The position numbers and the translations under genes were made by a program. From a virus, in the IMG/VR virus record IMGVR_UViG_3300012936_000001, positions 64,001 to 128,000 of that record: a stretch of 64,000 nucleotides of DNA; one strand, given 5' to 3'. The notes under the pieces were generated by a model, which saw nothing but the letters and a program-made list of their open reading frames with translations, was not told the DNA's origin and searched no databases. Positions within the stretch are counted from its first letter, which is position 1. Each line of letters starts with the position of its first letter. This document shows, one piece after another, positions 1 through 9,246 of the stretch.

Positions 1-471
1 ACAGCAGCCGCTCTTGGCCCGGTAGGAGGTGTATCAACCTCTGGAACAGCGAGAGTAAAAGCTTGTTTTCCGCAAACGCCGGTAATTACAGACGAACAGT
101 TGATTGATATTTTTAAAGCAAATGTTCTTCCTGTTGGAGAAACAAAAGGATTTATGTTTGACAGCGAAGTTTATCTAGATTATAATCATCCAGACGCTCC
201 TGGTTTTACGCCAGATGCTGATAAAAATTTACAGGTAGGTGATGAAAATATAGGGTCACACTTTGTTCCTAATCCTACTTCTCCTGGTGAAGGTTCTATT
301 AATGTAACTGATAAGCCTGCTGCCCCTGAAGGATTCGCAACACATTCTGAACAATTTGGTAATGGAGCCGGTTCAAAGATGGCACCTAATGAATTAGGCG
401 CTGCTCTAAGAACACAGCGAGAAACTTTTGGAGAGGCTTTGGCAAAAGGTAGGGCAATTAGAGGTTCATGA
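1..471 (+). CDS. Hypothetical phage protein, 5' partial
   Basis: Frame is open from base 1 to the stop at 471, which overlaps the next ATG (ATGA). Confidence 0.7.
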   Translation, partial: TAAALGPVGGVSTSGTARVKACFPQTPVITDEQLIDIFKANVLPVGETKGFMFDSEVYLDYNHPDAPGFTPDADKNLQVGDENIGSHFVPNPTSPGEGSINVTDKPAAPEGFATHSEQFGNGAGSKMAPNELGAALRTQRETFGEALAKGRAIRGS

Positions 472-941
472 GTAGTAAATTTGCATCGGGCAATTTTCCA
501 AAAGCTGATGGGAGAACTGGTCTTGGTTACGGCCAGCTTTCTCCCGTTCATCATTTACCATACCAGAAAGCAGGTACCTTTCCATACTCTGAAGATGAAT
601 GGGAAGATGAGCTGGATGATGTAGAGATAGACGAAAAGACTATTTCGGCAGTACATCAAAAAACTGCAACACCAAGAGATTATGATCCCATGCCATACGG
701 AAATCGTTTCTATAATATTTCAGGAAATAGAAAGATATACGAAATCAGATCTTTGTCGCCATACTATGATGGTTCACAAAGAGGTAAGATAAATCGCTAT
801 GGAGATCAAAAAGGCTGGAATTATTTACCAGATATTTGGGATGAAGACTCTGAAGAGCCTATTTATTCTTTAGAGGACCTTTCCGATAAACAAGAAAACA
901 ACTTAAGAGAATGGATTAATCTAATATTGAGGACACTATGA
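468..941 (+). CDS. Hypothetical protein, head region
   Basis: 157-aa ORF coupled by ATGA overlaps on both sides. Confidence 0.7.
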   Translation: MSSKFASGNFPKADGRTGLGYGQLSPVHHLPYQKAGTFPYSEDEWEDELDDVEIDEKTISAVHQKTATPRDYDPMPYGNRFYNISGNRKIYEIRSLSPYYDGSQRGKINRYGDQKGWNYLPDIWDEDSEEPIYSLEDLSDKQENNLREWINLILRTL

Positions 942-1159
942 GCAAACCATGCAACTTTGCCGTAAAAGCAAGACATGATTCTAGAAAAACTACTGCCGAA
1001 CAAAATTCTATACTAATAAAAAAATTTATGAGTAAATGGAAAAAATCAGGACTTCTTAAAGAGCTTAGGGATAGAGAATATCCTACTACAAGAGGTCAAA
1101 AAAGAAGACAGAAAAAAAATATCGGCATGAGACGCCATAAACATCGTCAAAGTTCGTGA
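938..1159 (+). CDS. rpsU: Ribosomal protein bS21 homologue
   Basis: 73 aa, very basic. LIKKFMSKWKKSGLLKELRDREY...KRRQKK matches the bS21 pattern (L+RFK+...G+..E.R.RE.Y...KR+.K). GGAGG RBS. Confidence 0.75.
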   Translation: MSKPCNFAVKARHDSRKTTAEQNSILIKKFMSKWKKSGLLKELRDREYPTTRGQKRRQKKNIGMRRHKHRQSS

Positions 1160-1177
1160 AGATTTGTTTTCTATGGA

Positions 1178-1185
1178 ATACTTAT
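1178..1185 (+). promoter_or_regulatory. Putative late promoter ATANTTAT (ATACTTAT)
   Basis: 34 nt upstream of the scaffold ATG; motif recurs before many structural genes. Confidence 0.6.
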
Positions 1186-1211
1186 GAATAAAATGTTAAT
1201 TGGAGAAATCA

Positions 1212-2915
1212 ATGTCTAATATCTTTGATGAAGCGATTGCAGACGCAAAAAAACTAAAAGAAATTGCGGAACAAAATGCAAAAAATAGGATTATAGAGGC
1301 TGTTACACCTAAAATAAAAAGGCTTATCGAAGCTGAAATTGCTGGTGAAGACATGGACCTGGAAGATGCAGAAGAAGATTCTGATGATTATGAAGAGTTC
1401 ACAGCCGGCGATACTGCCATGGATGTGGATTCCTCTTCTGGGCTGGATCTAAGTTATAACGAACCTGTGGAACCAGAAATGCCAGCAGATATGGGGTCAC
1501 CTATGATGACCGACGACATAGATCTGGATGATGGCCTTGGCCTAGAAATAGAAGACGATAAACCAGAAAAGAACGTTGTCATCAACGTCACGGTAGAAAG
1601 TGCCAGAAAATCTGCGTTGTCAAAATTGAGAAAAAGAAAAGCAGTAAAATTACTTGAAAGTCTAAGAAGTGCTAAAAATGCAAGCAAAAAAAGAAAAATG
1701 CTTTCTGAATTGGCAAAACTACAAAGAGAGTGCATATCTAGTAGTAGTACTGTTGACAAAAAATTAGCAAGAAAATTATCAACTTTATTAAAGGAGACAA
1801 ATATGTCTAGAAGAACACGAAAAAACTGGTTTTTATTCGAAGGCGAAGGTGAAGGCGAAGACGAGGACTTGGATCTCGGCGGAGACGAAGATCTTGACCT
1901 TGAAGATGAAGACGAAGAAGTGGACGTCGATGCTATTAAGTCAGCAATCGAAGAATTAGCTGATGCAGTCGGTCTTGAAGTAATGGACGAGGACGAGGAC
2001 GAAGACGAAGACGTAGAGGGTGAAGAAGAGGAAGAGGAAGAAGATCTTGACCTTGGAGAAGCCGATATGGATGATGTCGATATGGCAGAGGGAATATACG
2101 AAGCTGACATGGATGAAGACGAGGATCTCAAAGAAGACGATGATAAAGTCGTTGAGATTAACGAGTCTGCTCTTCGTAGAGACCTTATGAGAATGAAGCG
2201 CAATGCTCGTAACCGTCGTTCTCGACGACTTGCAGAATCACGTCGTTCAAGAAGCGCAAGCAGAAGACGCCGCAGACTTTTTGAAGCAGAAGCAGTAGAT
2301 GCTGCTAGCCATTTTGGCGGCGGATCTGCCGAACAAGAAATGTTCATTGATGTCGACGAAAACACTCTTATTAATGCTCTCGCAGAAGAACTTGGAGACG
2401 CACACGATCTTGACATGAACATAGACGGATCTGGAGATGCTTCCAAAGCAGCCGGCCATTTTGGCGGCGGAAAAGCTCAGGCTATTCGTGAAGCAAGACG
2501 AAGAAGAGCAATCGCTCGTCGTGCAAAAATTACAGAGTCTCGCGCAAAGCGTGCAGTACTGGCTGAACGCAAGAAAGCTGCAGCTGCAAAGCGTGAACTC
2601 AAAGAATCAAATCTTTTTAATGCAAAATTGTTGTATGTAAACAAATTGATGCAACAGCATGTTCTAAACAAAAAGCAACAGCGTGCGATTGTTGAGGCTC
2701 TTGATAATGCCAAGACGTTACGTGAAGCAAAACTACTTTTCGAAGGGCTTTCTGATTCTCTTTCGAAAGCAAAAAGAAAATCAGGCAACAGCCTAAATGA
2801 ATCCAGAGTTATTTCCGGAAGATCATCAACTGCAACTCGTAGCTCTGCTCCTGCAACTACTCAAATGAGTTCGGACCTTTCTAGATGGCAAAAACTCGCT
2901 GGAATCAAAAAGTAA
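1212..2915 (+). CDS. Prohead core/scaffold protein (T4 gp22-like position)
   Basis: Directly upstream of the MCP. Acidic low-complexity tracts, Arg-rich segments, many [LI]xE sites, LKESNLFNAKLLYVNKL block and C-terminal RWQKLAGI. Start placed at ATG 1212 after GGAGA. Confidence 0.75.
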   Translation: MSNIFDEAIADAKKLKEIAEQNAKNRIIEAVTPKIKRLIEAEIAGEDMDLEDAEEDSDDYEEFTAGDTAMDVDSSSGLDLSYNEPVEPEMPADMGSPMMTDDIDLDDGLGLEIEDDKPEKNVVINVTVESARKSALSKLRKRKAVKLLESLRSAKNASKKRKMLSELAKLQRECISSSSTVDKKLARKLSTLLKETNMSRRTRKNWFLFEGEGEGEDEDLDLGGDEDLDLEDEDEEVDVDAIKSAIEELADAVGLEVMDEDEDEDEDVEGEEEEEEEDLDLGEADMDDVDMAEGIYEADMDEDEDLKEDDDKVVEINESALRRDLMRMKRNARNRRSRRLAESRRSRSASRRRRRLFEAEAVDAASHFGGGSAEQEMFIDVDENTLINALAEELGDAHDLDMNIDGSGDASKAAGHFGGGKAQAIREARRRRAIARRAKITESRAKRAVLAERKKAAAAKRELKESNLFNAKLLYVNKLMQQHVLNKKQQRAIVEALDNAKTLREAKLLFEGLSDSLSKAKRKSGNSLNESRVISGRSSTATRSSAPATTQMSSDLSRWQKLAGIKK

Positions 2916-2961
2916 GTTCAGCCCAAGTTAAAAACAAACACAACTTTTATTGGAGACAAAA

Positions 2962-4920
2962 ATGTCATTTACATTGCAAAAGTTGACAGAGGGCATTCGT
3001 CAACGTCACATGGGTGCCCAACATCAACGACTTACAGAAAAATGGAACCGCACAGGTCTTCTTCGTGGTCTTAACGGACAAAACAAAGAAAACATGGCAG
3101 TTCTTCTCGAAAACCAAGCCGCTCAACTTTTGAGAGAGGCAAACACTCTTGGAGCTACTAGTGCTAGTGGAACTGGTCCCTCTGCTTCCGGAGACATTCG
3201 CGGATTCCAGAACGTTGCATTCCCAATCGTTCGCCGAGTATTTGGTGGATTGGTTGCAAACGATCTCGTATCTATTCAGCCCATGAGCCTTCCAGCTGGA
3301 TTGCTCTTCTATCTTGATTACACTTACGGTTCAAGCGTCGGTGGAGCAGATGGAACAGTTGACTCTACTGTTTATCAACAAGGTCAGTCAATCTACAACA
3401 ACCCTGCTGGAAAAGGAATTCAGTCTGGTTCTTTGGCTGTAGGTGGACAATACGATCTTGCTGGTGCAGGATTCTCACGAAAGCATACAGCTGCTGTTCT
3501 GGCCGAATCAAATACACTCGGAACAAACATTGTAACAGGTGTTTGGAGTCCTAGCGACGCATTCCAAAATGGAGCTAGCGTTTCTGATGCTTACATCTCT
3601 GCAGTTGGACAGTTTACTGGTTCTAACGCTCGATTGATGCAATATGATCCTCAGATTCGTACTGCTCTTGATAATAACGAGCTCGGCGCTGTTCTTTTTG
3701 CTATGATCCCTACATCTTTGATGACTGGATCTAATTCAGAACAAGCTGATCTTACCATGATCAAGGACATTGCACTTACTGCTGAAAAGGCCGGAGAAGC
3801 TACAAACGCTGCATTGCTTACTCAGTGGGGAGAAAAATATCAAGGTGGAAACAACGTCAAGAACCTCCGACGTCTCAACCAATTGGTTACGTGGGACGGC
3901 TCTGGTCTTCCTGTGCATGCTCCTCTTGCTGAATACAATACTTCAAATGCTTATGTATTGATGGTTGTAAAAGCGACAAAGGGCGCAATCCCTACTCTTG
4001 CAACTTTGGCTGCCGAGCAAATTGGTGATCTTTCTTTCCCAATTAAGCCTACCAGAACTTCTGGCGACAGCGGCGATTCAATCTTGGTTCCAACTTTTGA
4101 ATCTAACATGCTTGCTGGTGCTTCAAACGCTCCTGTTATTCCTGAAATCGACATTAAGATCGAATCTATCTCTGTTACCGCGGTAACTAGAAAGCTTCGT
4201 GCTCGTTGGTCTCCAGAACTTGCTCAGGACTTGAATGCATACCACTCTATGGATGCAGAAGTTGAGTTGACTCAGATTCTTTCTGAGCAAATTGCTCTTG
4301 AACTTGACCGTGAGATTCTTAACGACCTTCTTACTCAGGCAAATGGTGCTAACCTTTACTGGTCACGCGCTCCTGGTAAATTCGTCAACAAAGAAACCGG
4401 TTCTCAGATTGCTGTCTCAACTTCTGTGGCAAGTCCTTCTTTCACTGGTACAGTTCGTGAATGGTACGAAACTCTTACAGAGACCATCATCGACGCTGCT
4501 AACACTATTCACCGTAAGACTCTTCGTGGATCTGCTAACTTCATCGTGGTTGGACCTGATGTTGCTACAATCCTTGAAAGCTCTGTTCTTTACAAGCCTG
4601 TATACAGCCTTGACGGTGACGGGCAAGTTGGTAACCCAATGACTATTGGCGCCGAGAAAGTTGGTAACTTGAGCAATCGTTTCACAGTCTACAAGGATCC
4701 TTACTTCCCACGTAACAAGATCTTGATCGGTTACAAAGGTGGTTCTTATCTTGAAACTGGTTATGTATATGCTCCTTACGTGCCTCTTATTGTTACCCCT
4801 ACGATCTTTGCTCCTGAGGACTTCACTCCTCGTAAGGGTGTAATGACTCGTTACGGTAAGAAGATGGTTCGTTCTGACTTCTACGGAACTGTTACATGCT
4901 TGGATATGCACATCATCTAA
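2962..4920 (+). CDS. Major capsid protein, T4 gp23-like
   Basis: FPIVRRVFGGLVANDLVSIQPM, TRKLRARWSPELAQDL, EIDRE-like ELDREI, YAPYVPL and FTPRKGVMTRY are gp23-family motifs. Large central insertion. Confidence 0.95.
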   Translation: MSFTLQKLTEGIRQRHMGAQHQRLTEKWNRTGLLRGLNGQNKENMAVLLENQAAQLLREANTLGATSASGTGPSASGDIRGFQNVAFPIVRRVFGGLVANDLVSIQPMSLPAGLLFYLDYTYGSSVGGADGTVDSTVYQQGQSIYNNPAGKGIQSGSLAVGGQYDLAGAGFSRKHTAAVLAESNTLGTNIVTGVWSPSDAFQNGASVSDAYISAVGQFTGSNARLMQYDPQIRTALDNNELGAVLFAMIPTSLMTGSNSEQADLTMIKDIALTAEKAGEATNAALLTQWGEKYQGGNNVKNLRRLNQLVTWDGSGLPVHAPLAEYNTSNAYVLMVVKATKGAIPTLATLAAEQIGDLSFPIKPTRTSGDSGDSILVPTFESNMLAGASNAPVIPEIDIKIESISVTAVTRKLRARWSPELAQDLNAYHSMDAEVELTQILSEQIALELDREILNDLLTQANGANLYWSRAPGKFVNKETGSQIAVSTSVASPSFTGTVREWYETLTETIIDAANTIHRKTLRGSANFIVVGPDVATILESSVLYKPVYSLDGDGQVGNPMTIGAEKVGNLSNRFTVYKDPYFPRNKILIGYKGGSYLETGYVYAPYVPLIVTPTIFAPEDFTPRKGVMTRYGKKMVRSDFYGTVTCLDMHII

Positions 4921-4942
4921 TGACGGTGTAATCTATTCATCT

Positions 4943-4968
4943 AAGGCGGCTTTATGGCCGCCTTTTTT
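4943..4968 (+). terminator. Rho-independent terminator after MCP
   Basis: AAGGCGGC-tttatg-GCCGCCTT followed by a T run. Confidence 0.9.
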
Positions 4969-4978
4969 GTTTAACGGT

Positions 4979-4986
4979 ATATTTAT
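4979..4986 (+). promoter_or_regulatory. Putative late promoter (ATATTTAT)
   Basis: 32 nt upstream of ATG 5011. Confidence 0.5.
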
Positions 4987-5010
4987 TAATGATATATGGG
5001 GGAAATCATT

Positions 5011-5706
5011 ATGTTTAATTTGTTATGGCCACTAGTGGCATTTTCTGGGGAACCAATTCAAGAGATAGAGGTTATCGCACATGAAGACATTGAGGTCTAT
5101 GTTGCGCCTACGATAGTAAAAAATGAATCTAAAAAAATAGAAGCTACGATCGGCAACTATTCTATATTCGGTTATACGTCTCAGTATAAAAATCTTGCAA
5201 AAGTAAAAGATGTGTATGGATGGACAACTATAGACTATTCAGACCAAAATGTCAATGTGATGAACGAAGATACAATAAAATATTATTGGGAAGATTGCGA
5301 CTATAAGAAAGAACCAAAAAATTGTTCCTATAAAAATTCTCATTATCTTCTCGAATCCTATATAACTGTGGATGAAAACCAAATAACACTAGAGATGTTT
5401 TTATATGATCCAGAATTACAAATAATATCTTCCTCTAGAGAAACATCCACAATAAAGATAAATTGGATAAAACAACAAGAAATGACCGTGCAAGATAACA
5501 CTATGGGATCGATCAACAGAGGGAATAATTGTACACAATCTTCTTGTCCTGTTCAATCTAATTCTGGAACTTACGTAAGGAATAGATCTGTTAGCAAGCC
5601 AAAAGAAGAACATCCGATAAGATGGGATATTCCTCCAATGTTATTAAACAAACATGTGCAACAGTGTACTATAAGACTATGGTCGTCTGTAAAATTTAAA
5701 TTGTAA
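5011..5706 (+). CDS. Hypothetical protein with possible signal peptide
   Basis: N-terminus MFNLLWPLVAFS is hydrophobic; Cys pairs in the mature part. Confidence 0.7.
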   Translation: MFNLLWPLVAFSGEPIQEIEVIAHEDIEVYVAPTIVKNESKKIEATIGNYSIFGYTSQYKNLAKVKDVYGWTTIDYSDQNVNVMNEDTIKYYWEDCDYKKEPKNCSYKNSHYLLESYITVDENQITLEMFLYDPELQIISSSRETSTIKINWIKQQEMTVQDNTMGSINRGNNCTQSSCPVQSNSGTYVRNRSVSKPKEEHPIRWDIPPMLLNKHVQQCTIRLWSSVKFKL

Positions 5707-5722
5707 CAACAACAACACAAGC

Positions 5723-5730
5723 ATATTTAT
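5723..5730 (+). promoter_or_regulatory. Putative late promoter (ATATTTAT)
   Basis: 40 nt upstream of ATG 5763. Confidence 0.55.
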
Positions 5731-5762
5731 ATGCAAGCAATACAATCCATAGGAGAAATTAA

Positions 5763-6038
5763 ATGCCAGTTAAGAAAACAGAACCTGCAAAATCTACAGC
5801 AGGGCTTGAAAAAAAAGTAGCAGAACTTGAAAAGAAGCTAGCAGAGCTAGTTGCAAAATTGGAACTGCATGAAAAAGAATCAAAAAAAGGACAAGAAGAG
5901 CTTCATGCCAAGTGTGACGAATGCTGTAAACCAAAGTCTTCAGGAACAGAAGACAAAGAATGTCGTGAAGCTGTAAAAGCTATCGCAAAATCTTTACTTA
6001 GTCCAAGAGCATCTGTTCCAGACGTTTCTGGCCTGTAA
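5763..6038 (+). CDS. Small Lys-rich coiled-coil protein
   Basis: AGGAG RBS; heptad pattern LEKKVAELEKKLAELVAKL. Confidence 0.75.
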   Translation: MPVKKTEPAKSTAGLEKKVAELEKKLAELVAKLELHEKESKKGQEELHAKCDECCKPKSSGTEDKECREAVKAIAKSLLSPRASVPDVSGL

Positions 6039-6166
6039 AATTTACATACCAAATTCAAATAAGTCAACAAAAAAATTAATTCATTGATGACAAAAAATTG
6101 GCTGTATCTTATTGGTATTGCCAATTTTTCATTTAGGGCGAAGAAGGAATCAGGCAAATTTGAAAG

Positions 6167-6174
6167 ATACTTAT
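6167..6174 (+). promoter_or_regulatory. Putative late promoter (ATACTTAT)
   Basis: 30 nt upstream of ATG 6197. Confidence 0.55.
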
Positions 6175-6196
6175 ATTTGGAACGCGGGAGAAAAGA

Positions 6197-7366
6197 ATGG
6201 CAACATTTTCGAATACATTAAATCCAACGCCATTTGGCGTATTTAATTCCGATACTCAGTTTATTGCTGAAGCTGATAACATGGTCACTTTCGTCAAAAG
6301 AAAACTGGGCGATGATATTCTTTCTGTAGAACTTACAAAAAAACAAATATGGGCATGCTTTGAAGAATCTGTATTCGAATATTCCAAATTTATTAACGAG
6401 TATCAAGCAAAATCACAGCTTGGAAATATGCTGGGGAATCCTACTGGCTCTAATGCAAATTCTGGACCTAAGGGCGCAGAAAACAAATTTCCAAAGGAAA
6501 CCCTTGAATTTCTTACAAGAAAAGCAGAACCATATTCTGCCCATGCTGGTCTTGGTGGTTCTTATAATACATATTCTGGATCTATTGATCTAAAAATAGG
6601 CCAACAAGATTACAATATCTATACTACACTTTCTAATTCTGCCGGCGGCGTTTTTGGAAACATGACAAACAAAGGGAAAATAAGAATATTTGAAGTATAT
6701 CATTTTTCACCCCAGGCCGCATATAGATTTTTTGATACGACTAGTGCGATAAACTACCTAAATAACGAATTCGCTTTCGAATCATTCACGCCAGAAACAG
6801 TTTTTTATGTTCTTCCAGTGTTCGAAGATGTGCTAAGAGCACAGCAAATGGATATCTCGAATAGAGTGAGAAGAAGCAATTATTCATATCAGATCATGGG
6901 ACAAAATATCAGAATATTTCCAAAACCATCTGTATCTGGATCCCTATGGATAAACTATGGGCTACCTATGGATCCGCTCACAGGGTCTTTTCAAGATGAT
7001 TCAATTCATGGAATTTCTGGTCTTAATAATATACCGTATGATAACTTAAGATATGAAACAATTAATTCAATGGGTCGACAGTGGATTAGACAGTATACTC
7101 TTGCTTTGTCAAAAGAAGTATTGGGATTAGTAAGAAGCAAATTCGGTTCAGTTCCGATACCCAATGGAGATCTTCAATTAAATGGATCTGATCTATTAAG
7201 TCAGGCACAGTCAGAAAAACAAGAATTAAAAACACAAATAAAAGAAATGTTAGAGTCCTTAACTTACGATAAGTTAATTGAAAGTCAGGCAACCGAAGCA
7301 GAAAATATGCAAAGACTGCTGAAAACAGTACCTATTCCGCTAGGAAAGGTAATAACCATAGGATAA
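6197..7366 (+). CDS. Neck/head-tail adaptor protein (T4 gp13-like)
   Basis: KRKLGDDILSVELTKKQI at the N-terminus and WIRQYTLALSKEVLGLVRSKF...PNGDLQLNG resemble gp13. Position fits. Confidence 0.75.
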   Translation: MATFSNTLNPTPFGVFNSDTQFIAEADNMVTFVKRKLGDDILSVELTKKQIWACFEESVFEYSKFINEYQAKSQLGNMLGNPTGSNANSGPKGAENKFPKETLEFLTRKAEPYSAHAGLGGSYNTYSGSIDLKIGQQDYNIYTTLSNSAGGVFGNMTNKGKIRIFEVYHFSPQAAYRFFDTTSAINYLNNEFAFESFTPETVFYVLPVFEDVLRAQQMDISNRVRRSNYSYQIMGQNIRIFPKPSVSGSLWINYGLPMDPLTGSFQDDSIHGISGLNNIPYDNLRYETINSMGRQWIRQYTLALSKEVLGLVRSKFGSVPIPNGDLQLNGSDLLSQAQSEKQELKTQIKEMLESLTYDKLIESQATEAENMQRLLKTVPIPLGKVITIG

Positions 7367-7370
7367 TACA

Positions 7371-8024
7371 ATGGCAAGACTTTTTATAACGACAAGAGAA
7401 ATAGACTTTATATCTGACCTAACAAAGGAAATTACCAAAGACGTAATAGGTCAATCAATATATTATTACAGAGTAAGAGAAGATATATCGGAGGTACACG
7501 AGGTATATGAAGAATCTCTTGAAAAAATATTTGATCCTCCAATAGAGATAGAAACTCGAGTGATGTGGAACCCACAGGACATCAAGACTGACCGGTTTGG
7601 TCTCGAGGCCACAAGCCAGATAGAGGTGTATGTTCACTATCGAGACATGATAGACAAAGGAATATCGCTGCTTGAAGGCGATTATTTTTCATTCGGAGCA
7701 GATTTCTTTGAAATAACATCGATAAAATACGATAAGATTATCTTTGGTCAGGTTGAGCACATTTCTGGTTATACTATTATGGGCAAACAGGCAAGATTGG
7801 GTCAAATTAATATTAAGAATCCGCTTGGACCTACAGAAGAAATATATACTGATGCAAATTCTGTACAAAGATCTTTTGAACAACAAAGGGGACAACCTAA
7901 AAACTCAATCGGTGAAACAAATGATAAACGCGCACTGATAGATAACGGAACATTAGATAATCCAATTTCTCAGCCTCAGAAAATAATTTCTGGTTCAATA
8001 AATTCATATTTTTATGGTGAATAA
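7371..8024 (+). CDS. Head closure/neck protein (T4 gp14-like)
   Basis: Position after the gp13-like gene; VYEES..KIF.P, KFG-like DRFG and EGDYF motifs. Confidence 0.65.
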   Translation: MARLFITTREIDFISDLTKEITKDVIGQSIYYYRVREDISEVHEVYEESLEKIFDPPIEIETRVMWNPQDIKTDRFGLEATSQIEVYVHYRDMIDKGISLLEGDYFSFGADFFEITSIKYDKIIFGQVEHISGYTIMGKQARLGQINIKNPLGPTEEIYTDANSVQRSFEQQRGQPKNSIGETNDKRALIDNGTLDNPISQPQKIISGSINSYFYGE

Positions 8025-8026
8025 AG

Positions 8027-9205
8027 ATGTCGACTAGATATAATATAAAAACACAAAGAGGCGAACACTCTAAGACTGTATATCAAGAATTAAACATTCC
8101 AGAGAATTATGTTGTTCCATCCTGCGGGGTAGAAGACGTAGACAAAGCAATTTTTAAATTGTTCAATGAAGAACTTCCTATGACGATTGAATTAGAAGGA
8201 GAAACAAAAAGAATACCGGTTATTTTCGCAACTGGAGAAAGAGCGTTTATATTAAGAAGACAACAACCCCTCAGGGATCGTCAAGGCGCGCTGATTTTAC
8301 CACTCATATCAATTCTTCGTAGTGGCATCGATCAAAATCCACAAATCCAGCCGGCTATTAGTCCCGGAGATGGACAGATCGTAATTAAGAGAAATATATC
8401 TAAGAATAACGATATTTACAGAAGACAGGAAAACATAGAAGGCTTGCAAAACCAAAAGGGTTTTGCCACAAACAACAAGCATAAAGGTCCATCTTCTAGA
8501 ATAACCTACAATAGAGGAAAAATATCTTTAGAGCCGGTAAAAAACAACATATACGAATTTATTACGATGCCTGTGCCTAGATTTTTTGTAGCCACATATG
8601 AAGTTTCATTTTGGTCTCAATATTTACAACAGATGAACAAAATACAAGAAGCACTAATGACAAGCTACAACATTAGCCAAACAAGGACATTCAGGATAGA
8701 ATCAGACAAAGGTTATTGGTTTGTGGCAACCGTAGACTCCGGAATAAGTATAGACCAGAATTTCGACTCTTTTCAGGACGAAGAAAGAATAATAAAATCT
8801 TCGATAACTATTAATGTAAACGGTTATGTTATAAATCCTGATTTTGACGGGGCAATAAGCCCGATCAGAAGATTTTCTTCTTCGCCCCGTGTATCATTTG
8901 AAGCTGTTTTTGCAGACTTAGATGTGCCGCCCACGTCTCCAATAAAATCAGGAGATCCAAAAGATTATACACTTCAAGACCTTTCTGGAATAGATGATGA
9001 ATACCCAGGTTCAGCAATAGGGTTTTTACATGATGATGGCGAAAATGTTATCACCGGGATTGGAGGAAAGACAGCTGGAACAGAAAATGTAGTTAGAACC
9101 ATTACAGATCCATTTAATCAACAGTCAAAAAGAGTAAAAGTTGCCGTAAAATCTAACAATAAAAAGAAAGGCGAAACCGTTTATAGAAAATTATGGACTT
9201 TGTGA
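8027..9205 (+). CDS. Tail terminator/sheath stabiliser (T4 gp15-like)
   Basis: IPVIFATGER, ILPLISILR, P.F...TYEV.FW; immediately before the sheath genes. Confidence 0.65.
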   Translation: MSTRYNIKTQRGEHSKTVYQELNIPENYVVPSCGVEDVDKAIFKLFNEELPMTIELEGETKRIPVIFATGERAFILRRQQPLRDRQGALILPLISILRSGIDQNPQIQPAISPGDGQIVIKRNISKNNDIYRRQENIEGLQNQKGFATNNKHKGPSSRITYNRGKISLEPVKNNIYEFITMPVPRFFVATYEVSFWSQYLQQMNKIQEALMTSYNISQTRTFRIESDKGYWFVATVDSGISIDQNFDSFQDEERIIKSSITINVNGYVINPDFDGAISPIRRFSSSPRVSFEAVFADLDVPPTSPIKSGDPKDYTLQDLSGIDDEYPGSAIGFLHDDGENVITGIGGKTAGTENVVRTITDPFNQQSKRVKVAVKSNNKKKGETVYRKLWTL

Positions 9206-9215
9206 TATTGCCAAC

Positions 9216-9223
9216 ATATTTAT
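9216..9223 (+). promoter_or_regulatory. Putative late promoter (ATATTTAT)
   Basis: 31 nt upstream of sheath 1 ATG. Confidence 0.6.
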
Positions 9224-9246
9224 AACTAAAAATAGGAGACATAAAA

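Noticed and set aside
1454-2446. 330-aa Ser-rich minus-strand ORF
   Set aside because: Antisense shadow of the GAA/GAC/GAT-rich scaffold gene; no independent coding signal.
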